DNA of 64,000 nucleotides from Porphyridium purpureum (Eukaryota): NCBI GenBank assembly GCA_008690995.1, contig VRMN01000005.1, positions 434,001 to 498,000 of the forward strand, read 5' to 3'. Shown piece by piece: positions 51,600 to 60,626 of this stretch (position 1 is its first letter; each line of letters starts with the position of its first letter). The notes under the pieces were generated by a model. It saw only the letters and a program-made list of their open reading frames with translations, ran no database searches and was not told where the DNA came from. The position numbers and the translations under genes were made by a program.

Positions 51600-52613
51600 A
51601 TGGAGGACTGCGTGCGTGGGCCGCGTGACGGAGTGGGTGTGCGCGTGGCATCGTTGCTGCCGGCATGGACAGAGACGGTGCACAGTGTAGCTCGTGGCGA
51701 ATGTCTGGTGGGAGTGACACATGAAGATCAGGTCGCTGACGCAAGCGCCAGTGCGCTGGTGGTCACGCGGAACAAGTTTGATGGGTCCGTCATGACGTCG
51801 GCTGAGATTGCGGCCACGCATCGCGCCTCGGCGGGGGAGTGGGCGCTCGGCCAGCAGTTTGCGTCTTGGGATGAATGGGCGGTCTGTCGGGATCTCGTCC
51901 AGTTCCAGCTCTGCTCGTTTTACCATGTGAGCTGCGACGCGCTCATTCAGGCGCGCCCGACACTTATACTCACGCATGTCCTGGAGACAGAGATGGGCAG
52001 CCTGAATGATGTCGAGCGAGCCGTCAGACTAATTCTGAGTGACTCGAACGTGCAGGTTATGTCTATGGACCCGACAACATTGTCCGAGATCTACGCAGCC
52101 ACCATCGCCATTGGAAAGTCAGTGCATGCTGAGCGGAACGCCTTTGCATTGGTCGCAAGAACACGATTTATGCTGGAAAAGAGATCGCCGAGTAGATATA
52201 GCATACAATCGGCTGTCATTATCCAGTGGTTGGATCCCTTATACGTCGCCGGCGGATGGCTTCCAGACATGCTTGAGCGTCTGTTCCCATCTTGCGCGGG
52301 ATGTACGTTTACACGCCCTGGTGGGCCATCGCTGGCTACTACATGGGACCAACTGGCGACTGTGCAAGCCGACCTTGTCATTGTGGCGCCGTGTGGGATG
52401 GATCTGGCCCAGGCCGAGCGCGAATTCAGCGCGCTCGCGCCCGCCCGAATCGTCGGCTCCAGCAGTCGACTGATTCTTTGTTTCGACGCCACTCGCATGT
52501 TTTCCTTGCCGTCATGTGAGTCGGTGTTGCGCACGGCCCACAGTATTATGGAGCGCGTTGAGCGCCTCACTTGTACAAACCAGCCCGACGCTGCCCTCGC
52601 GTCCATTTCATAA
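51600..52613 (+). CDS. Fe/B12 periplasmic-binding-fold protein (BtuF-like)
   Basis: RVASLLPAWTE, LVGVTHE, ARPTLILT, QWLDPLYVAGGWLPDM, VIVAPCG. Confidence 0.78.
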   Translation: MEDCVRGPRDGVGVRVASLLPAWTETVHSVARGECLVGVTHEDQVADASASALVVTRNKFDGSVMTSAEIAATHRASAGEWALGQQFASWDEWAVCRDLVQFQLCSFYHVSCDALIQARPTLILTHVLETEMGSLNDVERAVRLILSDSNVQVMSMDPTTLSEIYAATIAIGKSVHAERNAFALVARTRFMLEKRSPSRYSIQSAVIIQWLDPLYVAGGWLPDMLERLFPSCAGCTFTRPGGPSLATTWDQLATVQADLVIVAPCGMDLAQAEREFSALAPARIVGSSSRLILCFDATRMFSLPSCESVLRTAHSIMERVERLTCTNQPDAALASIS

Positions 52614-52699
52614 ACCTGCTTCTCACCAAACAAATACGTAGGCCCGGCGTGGCTGGGCCACGGCGCGATTCTGGATCTGAGTTGTGCGTGAGCTGCATT

Positions 52700-53842
52700 A
52701 TGCGACTGACGTTCGCAAGCGGGACGTACCCGGCGCATCGCTCGCGGTACGGAGGAAACGGCCCGACGTGCGGTTCGAAATGCGCTCGAGTGACATGCGC
52801 AACTTGGCGGGGAACGCGCAAGGGTGTGATTCGAATGGATGGTGGCAGTGCGGCAACGCGAAACGAGGCCAGGCAGCTGGTGGTTTTGGGTGCGCTGGCC
52901 ACAGCAGGCTTCATTGAGACGACGGGCCTCAATATTTCGCTCGCCATCGTCGCGACTTCCAAAGTATGTCCAGCTGCCGGCTGCCAAACAGTCCTGAATT
53001 CTCCATTTGCGAGGCTGCCTTTGCCTGGCTCAGGCCTGTCGATACCGCTAATGCAGCTGGGGGCCGCGGCATACTTTTGCATGATATTGCTGTGTGCGGC
53101 AGCCTGGAACAACAGAAAGGAGCCACAAAAGCATGCGAAACTTGAAAGAATGGAAGGTTCCGCGTGTTGGATTGATCGCATAATCAATGTGCTTGCTATC
53201 GCCATGGCCAGCTTTAGCGTGTACTTGATGAGCTTAATTGTACTGGTACTTCAGTCGTGGTGCTGGTACTGCGCGTTTTCTGCACTTATGAGCTTGTGCA
53301 TGGCTCTAGTGCGCCGCAGATCGACGTTGTACAAACGCAGTGACGGCAGAGCAGGATTGGTCCTATCGGTCGCGTTCGCGCTGCTCTCGTTTTTCGGCAC
53401 TGTGTTTGGTACAATGCCTGTGCACCGCATCGAGTGGCGGGACGCGCGCGATGTGCGGCACCAAGTACCGATATATACAGTTCAGAGTCATTCCTCGAAG
53501 CGAGCTCTGCGCCTGGCCAAGCGCCTGGAGCGGCTGGGTGCCGTCCTCTACGGTGCGTACTGGTGCGAGCATTGCGCAATGCAGCGAGAGCTGCTCGGGA
53601 AGGAAGCATTTGGAGAGCTCGAGGGCGTGCGCTACGTTGAATGCTCGCGCTTCGGCGTTGGCAGCAGGAAGCAGGACTGCGAGAAGCGACGCATTCGGTT
53701 CTTTCCCGCGTGGGAAATCAAGGGCGAGCTCTTCCAAGGTATCAAGAGCATCGAGCTGTTGGAAGAGATTGCGGATGTCATGGAGCGCATCGAAAGGACA
53801 GTACCTGCGTCCGCCATTCCCGCAAAGTCGCGTCGCGCGTAA
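52700..53842 (+). CDS. LTO1: Thylakoid VKOR-thioredoxin fusion (lumen thiol oxidoreductase LTO1-like)
   Basis: VKOR loop cysteines CPAAGC..VLNS, CWYC, then thioredoxin YGAYWCEHC..YVEC..FPAW. Start uncertain. Confidence 0.88.
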   Translation: MRLTFASGTYPAHRSRYGGNGPTCGSKCARVTCATWRGTRKGVIRMDGGSAATRNEARQLVVLGALATAGFIETTGLNISLAIVATSKVCPAAGCQTVLNSPFARLPLPGSGLSIPLMQLGAAAYFCMILLCAAAWNNRKEPQKHAKLERMEGSACWIDRIINVLAIAMASFSVYLMSLIVLVLQSWCWYCAFSALMSLCMALVRRRSTLYKRSDGRAGLVLSVAFALLSFFGTVFGTMPVHRIEWRDARDVRHQVPIYTVQSHSSKRALRLAKRLERLGAVLYGAYWCEHCAMQRELLGKEAFGELEGVRYVECSRFGVGSRKQDCEKRRIRFFPAWEIKGELFQGIKSIELLEEIADVMERIERTVPASAIPAKSRRA

Positions 53843-53909
53843 GCATCCGGCGTAGCTCTGGTGCCAACCTGAAGCGATGATTTGGTCGGACACACGTTTA
53901 GTTTAACAA

Positions 53910-55430
53910 TTAGGTATCTATGCCCATCCTACAGACTGGGTTGACTCGAATGGCCGCAATGTCCACTTTGTGGCCAAACAAGTCTCGAATGTTCTTGATG
54001 CCGTACATGATCATGGTGGGTCGCTCGAGACTCAGGCCCCAAGCGATCACGCGAACATCTGCGGGCAGTCCCATGGGACGAAGCATTTCTGGCCTAAAGA
54101 TGCCGCTGTTCCCGACCTCGACCCATTTTTGAAGCCCATCGTGGTATGAGAAAATCTCCATGCTAGGCTCTGTGTACGGATTATGCGCCGGCTTGAACCG
54201 TAGCTTCGTCATACCCATGCGTTTGAAAAACTCGCCAATCACGCCTTTCAGGTCTGCCAATGAGAGATTCGGCGCGGCGACTAGGCCCTCGATCTGGTGA
54301 AACTCTGCCAAATGCGTCGCATCCAGCGTCTCGTTGCGGAATACGCGGTCGATGGAGAAGTACTTGCGCGGCGTAAAATGCCCGTCACGCTCGGTTTGAC
54401 GAGCAAGATCGTACAGCATGCGCGAACTCACTGCAGTGGTGTGTGTCCTCAGAATATTTTTGCACGCCTCCTCCTTGCTCCACTTGTACTGGTACCCTAG
54501 CGAGCCGTACCCGCCAGACTGGTGCACTTCTCGAACTCGCTCCAGGTACGCCTCCTCCTCGACGCGCGCTGTCGCAGGAGACGACAGAAAGAAGGTGTCG
54601 TGCGCGTCACGCGCCGGATGCTGCTGGGGCTGGAACAGCGCATCAAAGTTCCAGAACGAGCTTTCGACATAGTTATCGGTTGGCATTTCTTCAAACCCTA
54701 GCTGAACAAAAATCATGCGAAACTGTTCGCGCACTTTGAGCAGCGGGTGCAAGCAGCCGTACTCCGGCGCACGCCCTTCGGCAGCGAAATTGTACGCCTT
54801 GAACGCAGCATGCTCCCACGCACCGGACTGCAGCATCTCGGAGGTCAATTCGGCCGCTTGTACTTTCCGCGCGTCGTCGAATCTAGGCCCGCGTGTGATA
54901 TCGAACGTCTTTGCCATCTTGACGACCACCAATTTGCGCTGCTTCAGCTCTTTGAGCTGCTCCTCGGGCAGCTGTGTCGCCGCATCATCCAGTGCCAAGG
55001 TGGCCAGCACGTTTGCGACCTCGTCCTCCACAACCTGCGCGGCACACGACAGGGTCTTGCTGGCTTTATCGAGCACGATCCATTTTTTCTTCATGGCGTT
55101 CTGCATGCCAACTTTGGCGATGGCGTCGGACAGCTGTTCGCCCAGCACCTGCACAGAGGGCGGCTCTGCGGCGCGCTGGACGGCGCGAAAGTACTGGAAC
55201 TCTGGCGATCCATCCTTGCGGTACTGCTCGCCCTCGCCTGTCAACGAGACGGTCTGATGGGACACGGCTTCTGCGGCGAGCACGTCGCGCGCGGTCAGCC
55301 GTTTCAGCACCGAGTCCACAAACGTCGCGTGCTCAATCTCCAGCTCTGCCGCGAGATCGCGCGAGCCCACGCGCGCATCTGCCGGGCGACTCTCGAAATA
55401 CCTCACGGTCGCCTCCTCTGCCGCGTCCAT
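53910..55430 (-). CDS. FARSA: Phenylalanyl-tRNA synthetase alpha subunit (cytosolic)
   Basis: WNFDALFQPQQHPARDAHDTF, LRTHTT, FRNETLDATHLAEFHQIEG, PYTEPS, WGLSLERP. Confidence 0.97.
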   Translation of the reverse strand: MDAAEEATVRYFESRPADARVGSRDLAAELEIEHATFVDSVLKRLTARDVLAAEAVSHQTVSLTGEGEQYRKDGSPEFQYFRAVQRAAEPPSVQVLGEQLSDAIAKVGMQNAMKKKWIVLDKASKTLSCAAQVVEDEVANVLATLALDDAATQLPEEQLKELKQRKLVVVKMAKTFDITRGPRFDDARKVQAAELTSEMLQSGAWEHAAFKAYNFAAEGRAPEYGCLHPLLKVREQFRMIFVQLGFEEMPTDNYVESSFWNFDALFQPQQHPARDAHDTFFLSSPATARVEEEAYLERVREVHQSGGYGSLGYQYKWSKEEACKNILRTHTTAVSSRMLYDLARQTERDGHFTPRKYFSIDRVFRNETLDATHLAEFHQIEGLVAAPNLSLADLKGVIGEFFKRMGMTKLRFKPAHNPYTEPSMEIFSYHDGLQKWVEVGNSGIFRPEMLRPMGLPADVRVIAWGLSLERPTMIMYGIKNIRDLFGHKVDIAAIRVNPVCRMGIDT

Positions 55431-56571
55431 CCTCCAAGCGCCCTCCGCACCCGCTCCACCACCCTCTCTCGCTCACGTCCCCCCAACGCACCGCGCACGC
55501 CCGCGACGTCTCCGTTCAACTGTACTTCCCACTCAACTACGGTACAGCTCGCTGCGCTGTGTCCAGTTTCCCGCCGAGCTACAGTACCTAAAACGGCACC
55601 TCATGATGACATTGGAATGCATGACATCCACTGTCAGCACGCGTTTCACGCCCCCCCCTCCCGTTTGCACTAGCGCATTTCCCACCACCGCACGCGCGAT
55701 TTTCCTGGCCGGCCTCATACGAAAACGCACCCACTTGCCACATACGTCTTGATTCTGACGCGCGGTTTTCTCACCGGCGGCGTAGATTTTAGATTTTAGA
55801 CTTATTTATAGGAATATCTGTGTGTGTCCGTTCCATATCGATTCGAACCAAACACAACCCCACACCCCCGCAACCATCAACCCCTGTTCGTCTATGCAGA
55901 TGCGCGTGTTTTACTATATGTCTGCTTGCGTGTGTGTGTGGAACTTGATGCGTCGTGCGGGCACGTAACGTTTGAACGATCTCATCAATCAGGGTCGTTT
56001 TATTAGACGAGGGTCCGGCTGGTGTACACTACTGTTCTGTGCTGCTGGCACGACATGGACCGAATACGAGCGAGCTGAGCATGTATGTAATTGGGTCGAA
56101 ATCAGTATGAAGTTGATGTTCGCGAATCTGTCCAGCCGTCCAGCCGTCACAGTCAGTCAGTCCGTCCGTGAGTTGGCGTCTGTCGGTTTATCTAATGAAA
56201 CCGGCCCGTTTTTGTAGATGATCGAGTCACTAGGCGCTTGTTCGAAAGTCACCACCGACATAATACAAAAAGAAAGAGTCGGCCGAGTGGTGGGCCTGCT
56301 TCAAAAATGAGCAGATTCGGGGTGTTTTAGTAGAGCGGGTGGGCATGCTATCCAGCACCGACTTTGGCGTGGGTGCTGGGGTTGTCAGTGGTGGTTGTGT
56401 AGGCGAACGTCAGGCTAACAGAAGGACGGAAGGAAGAGGAGGGAAGAGGGGGGGCTTTGGGGTTGTGTGCGGCGGGTGGGAACGGGCGAGGCGAAGAGGT
56501 GGCGTGTGCGAGAGTTGCGAGCGCGATCGATCTTGTGTGGAGCGGTTGTGGCGGGGACGTGCGGAGGAGAG

Positions 56572-57528
56572 ATGGATCAGGAGGCGCGTGAGAAGGCCGT
56601 GTACTTGGCCAAGTTGGCCGAGCAGGCCGAGCGATATGACGGTATGTTGGTGCTTGAGGTTCTTTCGGAGAGGGTTTTGGAGTTGTGGGATGCGCGTGGG
56701 GGCTGAAGGGGGCCAGATGGCTTGGCCGTTGGCTGATGGCGCGCGCGGTGCGGCGGGCGCGGGGCGCGATGGTAGTCGTTTTCGGCGCGGGCATCGGAGT
56801 CGTAGTGTGCGATTTGGGGAGTTCGGGTATCCGTCTTGGTGGCCGCCCGCGTCGCTTCGCGTGAAGCTTTGTCTTCGTCTCCGTGATTGATCATGGTTGC
56901 CGGCCCGAAAGGCACATGATCGTGAAGACCCGGGGCGCGCGCGAGAGAGATTACTTCTTCCTTCCGGTCTCCGCGAGCCGGCCGTCGCGTCACGATCCTT
57001 CGTTCGGAAATGCGTTTGTAGTGAGTGGGGGATGCTAGATCGAGGCGCCATGATATGCGAGCAGGAAGTCTAACACTTTTCGCGGGGTTTTGTTTCATTG
57101 CGTCGGTGGTGTTCGTTTGTTCATTCTTTTCTTCTTTCTTCCTTTCTTTTCTCGTTTGCTTCGTTCTTCCGGTCCCTCCCTTCCCGTATTCTCATGCTTG
57201 CTTTTGATCAAACAGAAATGGTCTCGGAGATGCGCAAGGTCGCCGGCACCACGGACGAGAGCACGTCGGAGCTCTCCGTCGAGGAGCGAAACCTGCTGTC
57301 GGTTGCGTACAAGAATGTGATCGGCGCGCGCCGTGCGTCGTGGCGCATCGTGTCCTCTATCGAGCAGAAGGAGGAGAGCAAGGGCAACACGGCACATGTC
57401 GCGATCAACGTTGAGTACCGCAAGAAGATCGAGCTCGAGCTGTCCAACATCTGCAAGGATATCCTTGACATCCTTGACAAGAACCTGATTCCTTCCGCCA
57501 AGACGGGGGAATCGAAAGTGTTCTACTT

Positions 57529-57559
<31 letters not shown>

Positions 57560-57925
57560 GCAGAGTTCAGCAGTGACGCGGAGCGCAAGGAGTCGGCGCA
57601 GAGCTCGCTCGAGGCGTACCGGGCCGCGACCGACATTGCGGTCACGGATCTGCCGCCGACGCACCCGATCCGCCTCGGTCTGGCGCTCAACTTCTCGGTG
57701 TTCTACTTTGAGATCTTGAACAGCCCAGATCGCGCGTGCCAGCTGGCCAAGCAAGCGTTTGACGATGCGATTGCGGAGCTGGACACACTCAGTGAGGACA
57801 GCTACAAGGACTCGACTCTGATTATGCAGCTCCTCCGCGACAATCTGACCTTGTGGACCTCGGACATGGGAGGTGACGAGGAAGAGAACGCGCCGGCTGC
57901 GGACGCCGAAGGTACCGATTCTTAA
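56572..57925 (+). CDS. 14-3-3 protein; exons 56572-56641 and 57216-57925
   Basis: Exon 1 [24 protein letters not shown] spliced to AA-ATG restores [46 protein letters not shown]. Confidence 0.97.
56642..57215 (+). other. Spliceosomal intron (574 nt) of the 14-3-3 gene
   Basis: GTATGT donor, CTAAC at 57070-57074, long pyrimidine tract, CAG acceptor. Splicing restores the frame and the conserved peptide. Confidence 0.95.
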
Positions 57926-58391
57926 ATACGCGCCGGTGCAGATCGAAGCTGGGAGTAAAGAAGGCTCGAGGTTGTGCACCCCCCCGTTCGCCGCCGTGTT
58001 TGGCAGCCGAGAGGGCATGGACGAACGAGAGCCGATTTGAGCCTTAGCGAGATTGTGTTTCCTTGGTTTACATTTTCTCTATTTTCAAGTCGCACGCCTG
58101 GACGTACTGCCGATGGAGCCCGAAGAAAGAGCGAAAAAAGCAGAGTACGGCCAGCCTGGACGTTTTCTCAGGATGTGTGGGGCATTGATACTCCAAAAAC
58201 TGGAATTCGCATTCATGCAGTTGGAAACGCCGTATAAACAATCTGTTGCTTTCCTGTTTTCTCCCAAACGTGAAGCGTTTCTGGGGTTACCCACACGGGC
58301 ATGTTCCGACCTTCATCGCGTGGACGGATCCGAGCCAACATCTTGTCGAACAGACGAACCGAAACGAGCAGAGCAAAACTGACATCCACGA

Positions 58392-59417
58392 TCAAAATAA
58401 CTGGCCACGCAGGTTTGAGCACTCGCTTCGACGTCTTTCACGCTCTATAGCCTTGCGAACTGCGTAGGAAAGCGAATCAGGTTGGATACTTTCCGAATCA
58501 CGAATACAGACAAAACATTCAAAAGCTTCTTTCTCAGACGCCATAAAGTGCTTTGCGGTTTCCCACCCAATACATACAGCATGGCTCCAACAGCGGCATT
58601 TGCTGCACTCTACCATTTGCCCTACATCTTCATACCAGCCGCACGCACATCGTACGAAGTCGAGCCCGGAACTGCTTGTCGAGCTCTTATTGTCTTCATT
58701 GTTTGCGTCAATGTCCGCTCCCGCTGGTGCCAAGCCATTCTGATTTGTATTGCTCGTCTTAGGTGACGTCGACTCGCCGTGCCCATCCTCTATGGGTCCA
58801 TTCGAATTCAGGTGAAGCGCAATGGATTCTGCATCAGTCCGACCATTCTCGTGGTGTCTCCCATTTGGCATTGGAGCTTCCACAGACTGCGTAATTCCAT
58901 TTTCGCGCCTTTCATCTGCATCACCTCTCGCCAGTGAAGGCACGAGCTCAAGCTCCTCGTTCGCTTTGGTTCCGTACACATCAGCTTGCTCCAATGTACT
59001 TGGATAGGCTTGGCCGGCGGAAAGCAAGCTAGGTGCCACAGCACCAGCACCGCCCGACCCACGACTTGGGGACCCAATCTGCGCCGCTGGCGATGATACG
59101 ATGGGAAGCTTGTCACACACGCTATCCTCCTTTCCTTCGTCCGACAGACCCCTTTCTGTCGCTCTGTCGAAGTCCGCTACACGCTTCCCGACAATACCCT
59201 CATCCATGTCCATCGCAACGTCCACGGCTAAACGCTTAGCGCGGGCGTTTTCCACTCCCGGCGCCCCGTCACCGTCATCGCGCTCCCGCTTTGCGTGTTG
59301 TGAGCCGCTGCCTCTGGCCGCGAAAGTGTCGTCTGCGCGCGTCGCCGCGTTCTTGTCATTCGCGCGCACCTCCGCATCCGCGCCGGTCGCGTAGACCGCG
59401 TCTTGCTCGGCCTGCAT
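58392..59417 (-). CDS. PHD-finger protein with long low-complexity N-terminus
   Basis: VRCACG..MVECSKC..WSHAVC..FECFVC is a C4HC3 PHD finger. First ATG at 59417. Confidence 0.82.
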   Translation of the reverse strand: MQAEQDAVYATGADAEVRANDKNAATRADDTFAARGSGSQHAKRERDDGDGAPGVENARAKRLAVDVAMDMDEGIVGKRVADFDRATERGLSDEGKEDSVCDKLPIVSSPAAQIGSPSRGSGGAGAVAPSLLSAGQAYPSTLEQADVYGTKANEELELVPSLARGDADERRENGITQSVEAPMPNGRHHENGRTDAESIALHLNSNGPIEDGHGESTSPKTSNTNQNGLAPAGADIDANNEDNKSSTSSSGLDFVRCACGWYEDVGQMVECSKCRCWSHAVCIGWETAKHFMASEKEAFECFVCIRDSESIQPDSLSYAVRKAIERERRRSECSNLRGQLF

Positions 59418-59423
59418 AGCGAC

Positions 59424-60365
59424 ATGCGGGTGGTGGTGCTGTCTGGTGGCAGCGGAACCGGGATTGGCTTTGAGACGGCAGTGTCCCTCTGTTCGAGCGG
59501 CGCCCGTGTGATTCTTGTGTGTCGCAACGCGACGCGCGCACAGGCGGCGGTCGCTCAAATTCAACAACGCACACGCTACGGGAGCATCGAGTATGTTTTG
59601 GGTGATTTAGAGAGCGTCGAATCGGTGCACCACGTGGCGCGTGCAATACGTGAGCGCACGCAGCGCGTGAATGTGCTGGTGCACAACGCAGGGATCCTAT
59701 ACTTTGGCGCAGACGAACTCTGCGCGAATGGCGTCGAGCGTGCGTTGGCCGTGAACCACATCGGCCCTCTATTGCTGAACAAACTGGTTGCGCCCTTGCT
59801 GCTCCGTTCGGCGCGAGAAAATGGAGCCGCGCGAATCGTGCATGTATCCTCTAGCGCACATCACAAGGGAGCGTGGCGACTGGGAGCCCATTGCAATCCG
59901 CAGCAGATCCGAAATATGACGCAGACACCGACGCCCAAGTACAAGAACCCAATCAAAAGGTGGTTATTCAATGGTTACTGGAGATACGCAGACTCCAAGC
60001 TTTTCCAGCTCATGAGCGCCATCGCCTTTCAGGAATCCTTATCCGGAAAGGACGCTGAGCGCATCCGGACTGTCTGCGTACACCCAGGCCTCGTTCGTTC
60101 CGAAATCTTCGACAAGATTGCCCTTATGCAGCCTGTTCTGCACCTGTTTCCGTGGCTCTACATTTCTCCTCGACAAGCGGCAGAATACGTCTCGGCTGCG
60201 TGTATCTCTGACGACACTAGCGTGCTTCCATCCTCTCAGATGCGATGGACCTATCTGGTTCGAGACAAGGTCTCCCAGGTGGCGGCGTGTGTTCGGGACC
60301 CTGTTAGGCGTCAAGCAGTGTATCACGGTAGCCTGCAGCTGGTGGAACACCTCGGCACCAAGTAA
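59424..60365 (+). CDS. Short-chain dehydrogenase/reductase (retinol-dehydrogenase-like)
   Basis: SGGSGTGIG, HNAG, VNHIG, VSSSAH, YADSK, HPG. Confidence 0.92.
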   Translation: MRVVVLSGGSGTGIGFETAVSLCSSGARVILVCRNATRAQAAVAQIQQRTRYGSIEYVLGDLESVESVHHVARAIRERTQRVNVLVHNAGILYFGADELCANGVERALAVNHIGPLLLNKLVAPLLLRSARENGAARIVHVSSSAHHKGAWRLGAHCNPQQIRNMTQTPTPKYKNPIKRWLFNGYWRYADSKLFQLMSAIAFQESLSGKDAERIRTVCVHPGLVRSEIFDKIALMQPVLHLFPWLYISPRQAAEYVSAACISDDTSVLPSSQMRWTYLVRDKVSQVAACVRDPVRRQAVYHGSLQLVEHLGTK

Positions 60366-60626
60366 ACTTTGGCGAAGGACTAGCTCCCCAATGTGCGCAC
60401 ATCTCGGCGTATCCGTGCGTGCCGCGCGGTCCGTCGATCAGTTCATATAAATGCATGGGATTTTGTTATGGAAAAGGTACAGTACAGGTGAACCGATTGG
60501 AAGCGTTAAAAATCGACCACAAGCCGCACAAGTATTTGCGTGGAGCTTGACGCTACGTGCTCCGCGACGCAATCGATAAGGGACAAGCCAGACGTGGCGC
60601 ACGGAAGCAACAGATAGAATTGCCCC

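Noticed and set aside
9492..55430. Apparent cluster of translation genes (three aminoacyl-tRNA synthetases, TSR3, RbgA, DBP7, tRNA)
   Set aside because: They are dispersed among unrelated genes on both strands, which is compatible with chance in a compact genome rich in housekeeping genes.
58113..58382. ORF of about 90 codons (MEPEERAKKAEY...) downstream of 14-3-3
   Set aside because: No recognisable homology and it may lie in 3' UTRs. Transcript evidence is needed.
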